A DNA stretch of 64,000 nt from Armatimonadota bacterium (GTDB taxonomy: Bacteria > Armatimonadota > UBA5829 > DSUL01), in assembly GCA_040769165.1 (NCBI GenBank), contig JAXGLP010000001.1, positions 1,091,165-1,155,164 on the forward strand, written 5' to 3'. The notes beneath the pieces were generated by a model. That model worked only from the letters and a program-made list of their open reading frames with translations. It had not been told where the DNA came from and did not search any database. The translations under genes and the position numbers were made by a program. How positions within the stretch are numbered: the stretch's first letter is position 1; each line of letters starts with the position of its first letter. Below are positions 18,533 to 27,634 of the stretch, in pieces.

Positions 18533-19837
18533 ATGTCTGATAGCCGAACCACGGGCTTCTGCACAATAGAAGAAGCCGTCGAAGAACTCAGAAACGGGCG
18601 CATGCTCATCGTCGTGGATGACGAGGATCGCGAGAACGAAGGCGACCTGGTGATGGCCGCGGAGTTCGCGACGCCGGATGCCATCAACTTCATGGCGCAC
18701 GAGGGCTGCGGTCTGATCTGCGTTCCCGCGACGGGCGAACGGCTGGATGAGCTCGGACTGGGGATGATGGTGCAGGACAACACCTCGAAACTCGGCACCC
18801 AGTTTACGGTGTCCGTTGATGCGCGCCACGGCACGACGACGGGTATCTCGGCAGCCGACCGCGCTGTTACCATTCGCCTGTTTGCCGACGATTCCGCGAA
18901 GCCCGACGACTTCTGCATCCCGGGGCATGTGTTCCCGTTGAGAGCGCAGGAGGGCGGGGTGCTGGCCCGAGCGGGGCACACCGAAGGGGTTGTGGACCTC
19001 CTCAAGATGGGCGGCCTGAAGCCCTGCGGGGTGCTGTGCGAGGCGATGGCCGAGAACGGCGAGATGGCCAGGGTGCCCGAACTTCTCGAGATGTCGCGCA
19101 AGTTCAATTTGAAGATCACGACGATCGCTGAGCTGATCAAGTACCGCCGCACGAACGAAAAGCTGATTCATCGCGTTGCGAGCGCGCAGCTCCCAACGCG
19201 GTGGGGGCAGTTTGTCGCGCACGCTTACGAAGCGGCCATTGACGCAAATCCGTACGTTGCTCTCGTAATGGGAGATGTGACGGGAGACGAGCCAGCGCTG
19301 GTCCGCATTCACTCTGGCTGTCTGACGGGCGATGCGCTCGGGTCGCTCAGGTGCGATTGCGGAGATCAGCTTCAGATGGCGATGCAAAGGATCTCAGAAG
19401 AGGGCAGGGGAGTGCTGCTTTACATTGAGCAGGAGGGGCGAGGCATCGGTCTCGTGAACAAACTGAAAGCCTACGTGCTTCAGGACCATGGGGCAGACAC
19501 TGTGGAAGCGAACGAGATGCTGGGTTTCCCGGCGGATATCCGGGACTATGCGCTGGGCGCTCAGGTGCTGGTGGACCTCGGGCTGCGCAGGATCCGGCTG
19601 ATGACGAACAACCCCGCGAAGTTCGCCGCCCTGGACGGCTACGACATAGAGATCGTGGAGCGAGTGCCGCTCATCACGCCTGTGCGTCCTGAGAGCAGGC
19701 GTTATCTCGATACAAAGAGAAGCAAGCTCGGACACCTGCTGGACGATGACGCCGGCGACTGTGAGGCGGCGTGCTGCGGGGTGGGAGATGCCGGGCTCGA
19801 TGAGGCAAAAGCAAAGACCAATGGACAGGAGAACTGA
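18533..19837 (+). CDS. ribBA: Bifunctional DHBP synthase / GTP cyclohydrolase II
   Basis: VDDEDRENEGD, RAGHTEG, RIHSGCLTGD..GSLRCDCG, QEGRGIGL, MTNNP. Confidence 0.98.
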   Translation: MSDSRTTGFCTIEEAVEELRNGRMLIVVDDEDRENEGDLVMAAEFATPDAINFMAHEGCGLICVPATGERLDELGLGMMVQDNTSKLGTQFTVSVDARHGTTTGISAADRAVTIRLFADDSAKPDDFCIPGHVFPLRAQEGGVLARAGHTEGVVDLLKMGGLKPCGVLCEAMAENGEMARVPELLEMSRKFNLKITTIAELIKYRRTNEKLIHRVASAQLPTRWGQFVAHAYEAAIDANPYVALVMGDVTGDEPALVRIHSGCLTGDALGSLRCDCGDQLQMAMQRISEEGRGVLLYIEQEGRGIGLVNKLKAYVLQDHGADTVEANEMLGFPADIRDYALGAQVLVDLGLRRIRLMTNNPAKFAALDGYDIEIVERVPLITPVRPESRRYLDTKRSKLGHLLDDDAGDCEAACCGVGDAGLDEAKAKTNGQEN

Positions 19838-20314
19838 TTGAGCACAACGTTGGAAGGCAAGCTGAATGCGGCCGGACTTAAGTTCGGCATCGTTGTTTCG
19901 CGGTTTAACGATTTCATAACCGCCAGGTTGCTCGACGGGGCGCTGGATGCGTTGCACCGGCACGGAGCCACCGACGAGGATATCTCTGTTGCGTGGGTGC
20001 CAGGCACGTTCGAGATCCCGCTTGTCGCCAGCAAGATGGCTGCGACAGGCGTGGATGCCGTTTTGTGTCTCGGCGCGCTCATCCGCGGGGGGACCCCGCA
20101 TTTTGACTATCTCTCGGCGGAAGTGACCAAGGGTGTTGCTCATGTCGGGCTCGAGTCGGGGTTGCCAGTGATCTACGGGGTCATAACCTGCGACACCATC
20201 GAGCAGGCAGTTGAGCGCGCGGGCACCAAGGCCGGCAACAAGGGCGCCGATGCGGCGATGGCGGGCATCGAGATGGCGAACCTGCTGCGCGAGATGGAAG
20301 GCTGGCGTCCTTGA
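19838..20314 (+). CDS. ribH: 6,7-dimethyl-8-ribityllumazine synthase
   Basis: [36 protein letters not shown]. Confidence 0.98.
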   Translation: MSTTLEGKLNAAGLKFGIVVSRFNDFITARLLDGALDALHRHGATDEDISVAWVPGTFEIPLVASKMAATGVDAVLCLGALIRGGTPHFDYLSAEVTKGVAHVGLESGLPVIYGVITCDTIEQAVERAGTKAGNKGADAAMAGIEMANLLREMEGWRP

Positions 20315-21516
20315 AAAGAGCAGCGGCGTTTCTGTTTGCGGTCGTCATTGCCGTGTTCGCGTGGCTCAACTTCCAGCGGATGCAGGAGAACAGAATTACG
20401 GGACTCCCGGGGGGCGATGTCCTGCCGCCACTAAAGCAGACATCTCCGCCTGCCGCCGACGGCGGGAACCTGATGCGCGCGGCGGCCGCCGATGTGGAGC
20501 AGGTCGTCGTCAACATAGACACCGTGATGCGGCCGGTGAGTATTCCGGACTTCGGGTTCCTGGGGTCTCGGTACGCTTTGCCAGAGGGCGCCGGGTCCGG
20601 CGTGGTCATACGGCCCGACGGCTTCATTGTGACGAACAACCACGTCGTGGACAACGCGCAGCAGATTGAGGTGACCTTCCCTAACGGCGATAAGGTGCGG
20701 GGAGAGATATGGGGGCGCGACCCAGCGTATGACCTTGCAGTCGTGAAGGTCGCCCGTTCGGGGCTGCCTGCCGCCCGCCTGGGCGATTCCAGCAAGATTC
20801 GCGTAGGCGACCAGGTGATCGCTGTCGGAAACGCTCTGGGGCTCGGAACGACGGTTACCTCCGGGATCGTGAGTGCTCTGGAGCGCGCGGTAGAGGGCAG
20901 CGAGAAGAGCAAGGGGCTGGCCAAAGCAATACAGACGGATGCAGCCATCAACCGCGGCAATTCGGGAGGAGCGCTCGCGCTTCTGAACGGGGACATCATC
21001 GGAATCAACACCGCCATCCTTTCGACAGGCCCCAACGGCGGCAACATCGGCATAGGATTTGCAATTCCGGCCAACGTTGTGCGCGACATTGCTTCTCAGC
21101 TCATCAAGAACCGGAAGATCGAGCGTCCCGCGGTTGCGTGGGTGGGGCTGCGCTATGCGCCCAACTCCGCCGATATCGCAACGGCGCTCAAGCAGCGTTA
21201 TCAGATCGACTACCCCTCGGTAACCGATGGCGTAATCGTAATGGACGTCGTCTCGGGAGCTCCGGCGGAGAGAGCCGGGGTAAAGGTGTTCGACAACATC
21301 CTGCAGTTGGACGGCAAAGGGGTCAATGGCGAAGACGGTTTCCGGAAGGCGATCACGGCGCACAAGCCCGGCGACAGGGTCAAGTTCGTCATCTATCGCC
21401 CGGGTCTGGGGAAGAAGATCACGCTGGATGTCAGGCTGAGCGCGGCTCCCGAGCCGGTTGAAGAGGAAGAGCAGGAGGAACGGGCGCCTAGAAGAAGCCT
21501 TCCGTTCCCGTTCTGA
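20311..21516 (+). CDS. HtrA/DegP-like trypsin serine protease with a PDZ domain
   Basis: GSGV, TNNHVV (His), DLAVVK (Asp), INRGNSGG (Ser); N-terminal anchor and C-terminal PDZ. Confidence 0.95.
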   Translation: MKRAAAFLFAVVIAVFAWLNFQRMQENRITGLPGGDVLPPLKQTSPPAADGGNLMRAAAADVEQVVVNIDTVMRPVSIPDFGFLGSRYALPEGAGSGVVIRPDGFIVTNNHVVDNAQQIEVTFPNGDKVRGEIWGRDPAYDLAVVKVARSGLPAARLGDSSKIRVGDQVIAVGNALGLGTTVTSGIVSALERAVEGSEKSKGLAKAIQTDAAINRGNSGGALALLNGDIIGINTAILSTGPNGGNIGIGFAIPANVVRDIASQLIKNRKIERPAVAWVGLRYAPNSADIATALKQRYQIDYPSVTDGVIVMDVVSGAPAERAGVKVFDNILQLDGKGVNGEDGFRKAITAHKPGDRVKFVIYRPGLGKKITLDVRLSAAPEPVEEEEQEERAPRRSLPFPF

Positions 21517-21964
21517 CGTCGGCGCTGACTATGCGCCACACGCGCGCCGGGAGCACCAGCAACCGCTTTCCGTCCTCTTTGCGGAGAGCCAGCGTGACGT
21601 CGCTGTTGATGCGTGTCTCTGAGCCGGGACCCTGGCGAAGTGCCGCCTGAGCGAAGAGTTCAACCGTGGCGCTGTCGCCTGTCACTGTGACAGTGGGAGT
21701 ATTGAGCGTGAGCGAGATGTCTCCTTCGCGCGCGGCTTGAATGAGGAGCAGACGAACCTGTTTCTTCGTGCCTCCGGCCCCGCTGTACTGCTCGGACAGC
21801 GAGTAAAGAACGCGCCGGGTGTTTCCGCTGTTGGCGGCGGCCTGAGTGTCTTTGAGAAGACGGACGATCTGCTCTGCTTCTGAGAGGGGTGGCGGAAAGA
21901 GGAACCAGGTCGCCGCTGCGAGCAAGAGCAGGATTATGATCGCGCCGGATACGGTTTTGTTCAT
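21488..21964 (-). CDS. Membrane-anchored NTF2/SnoaL-like hypothetical protein
   Basis: ATG 21964 with GGAGGG RBS, N-terminal TM, beta-rich domain (VTVTGDSATV ... WRIVSAD). Overlaps the htrA 3' end convergently by 29 nt. Confidence 0.65.
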   Translation of the reverse strand: MNKTVSGAIIILLLLAAATWFLFPPPLSEAEQIVRLLKDTQAAANSGNTRRVLYSLSEQYSGAGGTKKQVRLLLIQAAREGDISLTLNTPTVTVTGDSATVELFAQAALRQGPGSETRINSDVTLALRKEDGKRLLVLPARVWRIVSADVRTGTEGFF

Positions 21965-21987
21965 TCGCTGCAGCCCTCCGGGAATGG

Positions 21988-23094
21988 GTGATTGCGTTGC
22001 CGTTTGCTTTGTCTGACGAGTGGAAGTCTGCCATGTTCCGCCTGCTTGAGACAGGCGGAACGGTTGTTGTCGTGGGCGCCACGGATGTCGGCAAGACAAC
22101 ATTCTGCCTGGCAATGGCGAACGCCTGCCTTGTTCGCGGACACAAGTGCGCCGTTGTGGATGCCGATCTCGGCCAATCCGAAATCGGTCCCCCTGCAACG
22201 GTAGGGTGGGGGCTTCTTGAATCTCCGGCGTCGGCGCTTTCGGATATCGAGTGCCGCGACCTGTTCTTCGTCGGCTCGACGTCTCCGGCCGGACGGCTCC
22301 TGCAGACTGTGGTGGCCGTGCAACGGATGAACGCGGCTGCCGCCGCCGCGGATCCGTTCGTTACTATTGTTGACATGCCAGGACTTGCCGTTGGCCCGGC
22401 GGCGCGGTCGTTGTTCGAGGGAGTCGCTAGCGCAGTTGGCCCGCGCTTTGTGGTGACAATAAGCCGCGGCGGAGAGCTTGCTCCGCTGAGCGCGCCGCTG
22501 CGCGGCCTTTCCGAGCCGGAGATTCTCGGTGTGCGCGCTGCCCCAAATGCGCGGGTCAGATCGCGTGAGGAAAGGACGGCCAGGCGGCGTCTAAAGTTTG
22601 GAGCATACTTCGCCGAGGCGCCCGTGGTGACACTCGACTGCGCCGCGGCCGGTCTGGCGGGTACCAGCCTCTTCTCCGGCAAACCTGTGGCCATGGACGT
22701 GAGGCTGCAGTTGGAGACCGGGCTTGGTATGGAAGTCATCCACGCCGAGGAGAACGAAGAACAGGTGCTTGTCGTAAGTGCGGGAACCCCGGCACAAACG
22801 GCCGGGCGGATGCTGAGCGGTGTCATCGGCAGCCGGGTTTTGAGTGTTGCCGCCCCCCAGTTCTTCGACGGCATCCTGGTTGGACTGGCGGACGACAAAG
22901 GCAGGCACAGGGGTGTGGGCATTGTCGAGCGGGTGGATTTGCGCGGGCGCAAACTGCTTTGCCGCACACCCCTGCGGCGCCCGGGGCTGGTGAGGCAGGT
23001 GCTGTTCGGGGCCATTCGCGTGCGTCCGGACGGGACGGAGGCCGGCAGAGTTGACCCTGCCGAGCTTTATCTCTTTTCCGCCGCGCGCCGGTGA
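21988..23094 (+). CDS. Clp1/Grc3/Nol9-family polynucleotide 5'-hydroxyl kinase
   Basis: VVVVGATDVGKTT (Walker A), VVDADLGQSEIGPP, FVGSTSP, IVDMPG, RSREERTARR, C-terminal GILVGLAD..G...GVGIV...D......RTP. Start may instead be ATG 22033. Confidence 0.85.
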   Translation: MIALPFALSDEWKSAMFRLLETGGTVVVVGATDVGKTTFCLAMANACLVRGHKCAVVDADLGQSEIGPPATVGWGLLESPASALSDIECRDLFFVGSTSPAGRLLQTVVAVQRMNAAAAAADPFVTIVDMPGLAVGPAARSLFEGVASAVGPRFVVTISRGGELAPLSAPLRGLSEPEILGVRAAPNARVRSREERTARRRLKFGAYFAEAPVVTLDCAAAGLAGTSLFSGKPVAMDVRLQLETGLGMEVIHAEENEEQVLVVSAGTPAQTAGRMLSGVIGSRVLSVAAPQFFDGILVGLADDKGRHRGVGIVERVDLRGRKLLCRTPLRRPGLVRQVLFGAIRVRPDGTEAGRVDPAELYLFSAARR

Positions 23095-23124
23095 AGGCCC
23101 GCGGGTTTACAGGATAACTCTGGA

Positions 23125-23775
23125 ATGCTGCGAACACTGTATATGATTCGACACGGTGAGAGCGAGTGGAATGCCTGCCACAAGATACAGGGGCAGCTCG
23201 ACTCGCATCTCTCTGCTTCGGGGCGGCGGCAAGCGCGCGCTCTGTTCTGCAGGCTCAGAAACGAGACCTTCGATGCGGTGTATGCCAGCGATCTTTCCCG
23301 CGCGGCAGACACGGCGCTCATCGCCACGGGTCGTGAGCCATCGGCAATCCATCTTACCCCCGCTCTGAGAGAGGTTTCGTTTGGCGACTGGGAAGGCCTC
23401 ACAATAGACGAGGTGAAGAGGCGATACCCCGAAGCCCTGCAGGCGTTCCGGCAAGATCCTGTCAATTGCCGTCCTGCGACCGGCGAGTCTTTTGACGATC
23501 TGTCGTCCCGCATCGTCGGCCTTCTCGACTACTGGCACGAAAACCACCACGGACAGGGTGTTGCCGCATTCACGCACGGCGGGCCTGTCCGGGCGGCGCT
23601 GATACATCTGCTGGGGATGCCGCCGGAAAACTGGCGCACTCTGCGCGTGGCCAACACGGGTCTCACGCGGGTGGATTTTGGCGAAGGCGGGCCACGGTTG
23701 CATTACTTTGACACGACGGGGCACCTGTGCGTTGCGCGGCCGGGCCGGGCCGGTGGAGAGGATGAGGTATCGTGA
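23125..23775 (+). CDS. Histidine phosphatase family protein (CobC/GpmB-like)
   Basis: IRHGES, ASDLSRA, LREVSFGDWEG, GES, FTHGG. Confidence 0.93.
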   Translation: MLRTLYMIRHGESEWNACHKIQGQLDSHLSASGRRQARALFCRLRNETFDAVYASDLSRAADTALIATGREPSAIHLTPALREVSFGDWEGLTIDEVKRRYPEALQAFRQDPVNCRPATGESFDDLSSRIVGLLDYWHENHHGQGVAAFTHGGPVRAALIHLLGMPPENWRTLRVANTGLTRVDFGEGGPRLHYFDTTGHLCVARPGRAGGEDEVS

Positions 23776-24086
23776 AAGGTCGTTCGCTGGTATCGCTGGG
23801 GCCCGTGGCGCTGTTGAGGTATGCTCTGTACGTTCCGGGTTTCGTAAGAGTGTTTGGCAGGCTTATGCACGATCCCCGCGTGTCGTGGTGGGCAAAGCTG
23901 ATTCCCGCCGCGATACTCGTCTGGTTTGTCTCTCCGTGGGACATTGACTGGATTCCGTTTGTGGGGTGGGTGGACGACCTGGCCATTCTGGCGTTGGGGA
24001 CCCGTCTGTTTGTTCGATGTTGCCCGGCGGAGGCTGTGGCGGAGCATGTGGCGGCGGTGGGCGGAAGGCTGGCCGGGAAGGTTTGA
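23772..24086 (+). CDS. DUF1232/YkvA-family membrane protein
   Basis: DPRV...AK...SPWDIDWIPFVGWVDD motif. Confidence 0.85.
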   Translation: MKGRSLVSLGPVALLRYALYVPGFVRVFGRLMHDPRVSWWAKLIPAAILVWFVSPWDIDWIPFVGWVDDLAILALGTRLFVRCCPAEAVAEHVAAVGGRLAGKV

Positions 24087-24115
24087 GGGAAAGAACACCT
24101 GAGAGGTTACTGAGT

Positions 24116-24526
24116 ATGACGGACTACATAGAAAATGGAATGGGCCTTACGGCCGAACTTGATATCCCTTACGAAGCAGCGATGGAGCGGACGAAGGCGG
24201 CTTTCAAGGAGCAGGGCTTCGGCGTGCTCTCCGAGATTGACGTCAGCGCTACGCTGAAGGCGAAGATCGGGGCGGAGTTCCCGCCGTACAGCCTTCTGGG
24301 CATGTGCAACCCGGAGATTGCCCACAGGGCGCTTCTGACCGACCCGCAGGTGGGCCTGATGCTCCCGTGCACGGTTCTTGTGTACGAGGCTGGGGCGCGC
24401 ACCCGTGTGTCCGCCTTGAACCCCGAGAGGGCGCTTGGCGCTCTGAATTTGCCTGAACTCGCGCCGTTCGCATCGGAGGCCGGACGTCGAATCCGCGCGG
24501 CCATGGCCGCGCTCAGCGTCGGCTGA
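24116..24526 (+). CDS. DUF302 domain protein
   Basis: GFGVLSEID, LGMCNP, GLMLPC.VLVYE. Confidence 0.88.
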   Translation: MTDYIENGMGLTAELDIPYEAAMERTKAAFKEQGFGVLSEIDVSATLKAKIGAEFPPYSLLGMCNPEIAHRALLTDPQVGLMLPCTVLVYEAGARTRVSALNPERALGALNLPELAPFASEAGRRIRAAMAALSVG

Positions 24527-24556
24527 CACGACCTGCCGCGCCGGGCGCGGCAGCAT

Positions 24557-24597
24557 AAAAAGAGCGGGGGCCGGAGATTCGCACTCCGGCCCCCGCT
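24557..24597 (-). terminator. Intrinsic terminator for mscL (possibly bidirectional)
   Basis: 14-bp perfect stem AGCGGGGGCCGGAG / CTCCGGCCCCCGCT; AAAAA at 24557-24561 gives a U-tract on the minus strand. Confidence 0.8.
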
Positions 24598-24616
24598 GCG
24601 CATTTGAACGAGATGT

Positions 24617-25006
24617 TTACGCCGCCGGCGCGGTAATCTCGGACGTGCAGGCCGGGCAGCGCGTGGCTCCCTCGGCGATCTCTGACTTGCAAAACGGGCA
24701 AGTCGGGGCTTCCTTCGGCGCCGCGCGCATCTTGTTGATCTGGCGCACGAGCAGGAAGATCACGAACGCGATGATGACAAAGTCTATCAGGCTGTTGATG
24801 AACAGCCCGTAGCTGACTTTGGCATCGCCTACCTGGAGGGCGAGGCCGGAGAAATCCACCTTACCCAGCAGCAGGCCAATGAGCGGCATGAGGATATCGT
24901 TGACGAACGACGTCACGATTTTGCCGAACGCGGCGCCGATGATGACGCCGATCGCCAGATCCATCACGCTGCCCTGCAGAGCGAACTTCTTGAATTCCTT
25001 GAACAT
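24617..25006 (-). CDS. mscL: Large-conductance mechanosensitive channel with a C-terminal CxxC-CxxC zinc ribbon
   Basis: [41 protein letters not shown]; [11 protein letters not shown]; tail CPFC...CPAC. Confidence 0.96.
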   Translation of the reverse strand: MFKEFKKFALQGSVMDLAIGVIIGAAFGKIVTSFVNDILMPLIGLLLGKVDFSGLALQVGDAKVSYGLFINSLIDFVIIAFVIFLLVRQINKMRAAPKEAPTCPFCKSEIAEGATRCPACTSEITAPAA

Positions 25007-25128
25007 AGCAGTAATACCCCCTCCGGAGGTATGTCAGGTTCTTCCGGACGCTTCAGTCGAATTCCTTCTTGCGCAAACATCAAATGGAACGAGGCAGGCG
25101 CATGCGGACGCCGTGGCCGGATTTGGCG

Positions 25129-25158
25129 TTGACGCGCCTGCCGTCAGGTCCCTATAAT
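25129..25158 (+). promoter_or_regulatory. Sigma70-type promoter for the nuoH-N operon
   Basis: TTGACG (25129-25134), 18-nt spacer, TATAAT (25153-25158). Confidence 0.7.
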
Positions 25159-25165
25159 GAGGCTG

Positions 25166-26278
25166 GTGTTTATGCCAGACCCATCTGCATACGGTGTGCC
25201 GCCGGCGGCCGCTGCCGTGTGGCTGACGCTCCTCCGGGAGTTCGCCGTCTCAGTCGTCGTTCTCACGTTCATTCTGCTTGTCGTCCTCTACCCGATGATC
25301 TTTGGGCTGCGGCGCATTATGGCGGCGATGCAGGTGAGGATCGGCCCCAACCGCACCGGCTACCAGGGGCTGCTGCAGACCCCCGCAGATGCCCTCAAAC
25401 TGCTTGCCAAGGAGGATATTATCCCGGCGGCAGCGGACAAGTGGCCGTTCATACTCGCTCCCATCATCGTGTTTGTGCCGGGGTTTCTGGTGTACGTCGT
25501 CATGCCGTTTGGCCGGCACCTGTCCGCGCGCGATCTCAGCGCGGGCATCGTCTATATCAGCGCCGTTACCGCCATGCCTGTTATCGGAATTGTGATGGCG
25601 GGCTGGGCCTCGAACAGCAAGTGGACTCTGCTGGGGGCTTTCCGCGCGGCGGCGCAGCTCATCAGCTACGAAGTGCCCCTCGTGCTGTCGCTGCTTGTGC
25701 CGGTGATGCTCGCTCAGTCCCTCAGCCTGCAGGAGATCGTCAGGGAGCAAGGAGCGGGGTTCCTGGGCGGATACCTCTCGGGCTGGTATATCTTCTACCC
25801 TCCGTGCTGGCTGGCGTTTCTGGTCTACTTCATCGCCGGGATCGCGGAGAGCAACATGACGCCGTTCGACATCATGGAGGCGGAAAGCGAACTGGTTGCC
25901 GGATTCAACACCGAGTACTCGGGCATGAAGTTCGCCCTGTTCTACCTCGCCGAGTTCACCGAGGGGTTCACGCTGGCGGCAATCGCTGTGGCGCTGTTCT
26001 TCGGGGGATGGCAGCCGCTCGTTCCGGCATGGGAGTACTTCGGGCTGGACCTGGTCTTCAGCGCGCTCGGGAGGCCGCTTCCCGCTTTTGCCGCGGCTGC
26101 GGCGCACTTTGCCTGGTTTGTCGGCAAGTCGCTTGTGCTCGTTTTTGTGCTGATGTGGATTCGCAGCACGCTTCCCCGCGTGCGTGTGGACCAGTTGATG
26201 GCTTTCGCATACAAGATTCTGATACCGCTTGCCTTCGCGAATCTGGCGTTCGCCGGCTTCTGGGTGGTGCTCAGGTGA
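25166..26278 (+). CDS. nuoH: NADH-quinone oxidoreductase subunit H (start 25166 or 25172)
   Basis: MQVRIGPNR, ADALKLLAKE, GWASNSKW, RAAAQLISYE, PFDIMEAESELVAGFNTEYSG, IRSTLPRVRVDQLM. Confidence 0.97.
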   Translation: MFMPDPSAYGVPPAAAAVWLTLLREFAVSVVVLTFILLVVLYPMIFGLRRIMAAMQVRIGPNRTGYQGLLQTPADALKLLAKEDIIPAAADKWPFILAPIIVFVPGFLVYVVMPFGRHLSARDLSAGIVYISAVTAMPVIGIVMAGWASNSKWTLLGAFRAAAQLISYEVPLVLSLLVPVMLAQSLSLQEIVREQGAGFLGGYLSGWYIFYPPCWLAFLVYFIAGIAESNMTPFDIMEAESELVAGFNTEYSGMKFALFYLAEFTEGFTLAAIAVALFFGGWQPLVPAWEYFGLDLVFSALGRPLPAFAAAAAHFAWFVGKSLVLVFVLMWIRSTLPRVRVDQLMAFAYKILIPLAFANLAFAGFWVVLR

Positions 26279-26829
26279 ACGCGGCGCGGCGCATTGTCTC
26301 GGGCGCGGTCTCTCTGGCAAAGGGGTTGGGGGTGACCATCAGCTATCTCTTCCGCAAGAAGGTTACGCTGATGTATCCGGAGGAGCGTCCGGTGCTGACC
26401 GAGCGTTTCCGCGGCGTGCCCGCTCTGCCGATTGATCCCGCAACAGGCCGCGACAGGTGCATAGCATGCAGCGCGTGCGCGCGTGTGTGCCCGCAGCGCG
26501 TCATCACCGTCACGCCGGAAGTGGGAGAGGACCGAAAGAGGCGGCTCGGCGACTTCACGCTCGACGTCGCGGGTTGCATCTTCTGCGGATTGTGCGCCGA
26601 AGTCTGCCCCACGGGCGCGCTGACAATGAGCGGCGAGTTCGAGCTGGCTCACGGATCGCGGGTTGACATGGTGCTGGGGCTCGAGAAGCTGCGCGAGATT
26701 GGCGGGCAGTTTCCTGTTGAACCTCCGGGGTCAGAGAGCGCCGAAGGCGAGGCGGGGCAGGATCTCGCAGCTCCGCCCGCTGATGCTCCATCCGGCGAAT
26801 CTGGCGCGGCAGGCAAGGAGGCGCAATGA
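26275..26829 (+). CDS. nuoI: NADH-quinone oxidoreductase subunit I (2x[4Fe-4S])
   Basis: GTG 26275 overlapping the nuoH stop; [35 protein letters not shown]. Confidence 0.95.
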   Translation: MNAARRIVSGAVSLAKGLGVTISYLFRKKVTLMYPEERPVLTERFRGVPALPIDPATGRDRCIACSACARVCPQRVITVTPEVGEDRKRRLGDFTLDVAGCIFCGLCAEVCPTGALTMSGEFELAHGSRVDMVLGLEKLREIGGQFPVEPPGSESAEGEAGQDLAAPPADAPSGESGAAGKEAQ

Positions 26830-27329
26830 TGCCGTCCGTGCTTCAACTGGTGTTTCTGTTTTTTGCGGCGGTGACGGTGGTGGGTGCGCTTGCCGTGGTT
26901 CTGGTGCGGAATCTCTTCCACGCGGCGCTGTGGCTGGCGGTGACTTTTCTCTCGGTCGCGTCGCTGTTCATCGTTCTGAACGCCGATTTCGTGGGACTCA
27001 GCCAGGTCATCGTGTATGTGGGCGCAATCTCGGTGCTGATGCTTTTCGCGATAATGCTGACAGAGGACGTGGTCGGCGCAAGAGGGCTGAGCCTGCGCAG
27101 CGCCTGGCCGGCCGCGCTCCCTGTGGCGGCGGGGGTGTGCGTTGTGCTGGTTCGCTGGTTCGCGCGCTATGCCTGGCTACCGCCCCAGCCGCCGAAGCCG
27201 GGCGGGACGGCCGGCACCATCGGGCTGGCATTCATTCAGAAGTATCTGTTCGCATTCGAGCTGGCGTCGGTGATCCTGCTGGCCGCCCTGATCGGCGCCA
27301 TCTATCTTGCCAAGGAGGAGCGCTCTTGA
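26826..27329 (+). CDS. nuoJ: NADH-quinone oxidoreductase subunit J
   Basis: [35 protein letters not shown]. Confidence 0.95.
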   Translation: MMPSVLQLVFLFFAAVTVVGALAVVLVRNLFHAALWLAVTFLSVASLFIVLNADFVGLSQVIVYVGAISVLMLFAIMLTEDVVGARGLSLRSAWPAALPVAAGVCVVLVRWFARYAWLPPQPPKPGGTAGTIGLAFIQKYLFAFELASVILLAALIGAIYLAKEERS

Positions 27330-27634
27330 TACCCGCATCGTGGTGTGTTGCGCTCTCCGCGGTCCTGTTCTCGATAGGCCTTTTCGGCGTTTTGGCCAGG
27401 CGAAACGCCGTGGCCATCCTTATGTCTATCGAGCTGATGCTGAATGCGGCGAATATCAACTTCGTCGCGTTTTCCCGCTCGGTGAGCCCGGGCGAACTCA
27501 CCGGGCAGATCTTCGCCATCTTCGTGATGGCAATCGCGGCGGGCGAGGCTGCCGTGGGGCTTGCCATTGTTATTGCGCTCTACAGGCGTCGCAGCAACAT
27601 CACTGTGGATGAGGTGAACGTGCTGAAGTGGTGA
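27326..27634 (+). CDS. nuoK: NADH-quinone oxidoreductase subunit K
   Basis: TTG 27326; [28 protein letters not shown]. Confidence 0.95.
   Translation: MIPASWCVALSAVLFSIGLFGVLARRNAVAILMSIELMLNAANINFVAFSRSVSPGELTGQIFAIFVMAIAAGEAAVGLAIVIALYRRRSNITVDEVNVLKW

Noticed and set aside
25069-26829. 586-aa ORF suggesting a large N-terminal fusion to NuoI
   Set aside because: The upstream part overlaps nuoH in another frame. The real nuoI begins at GTG 26275, coupled to the nuoH stop.
26663-27634. 323-aa version of nuoK
   Set aside because: The extension overlaps nuoI/nuoJ out of frame. TTG 27326 with an AAGGAGG RBS gives a normal-sized NuoK.
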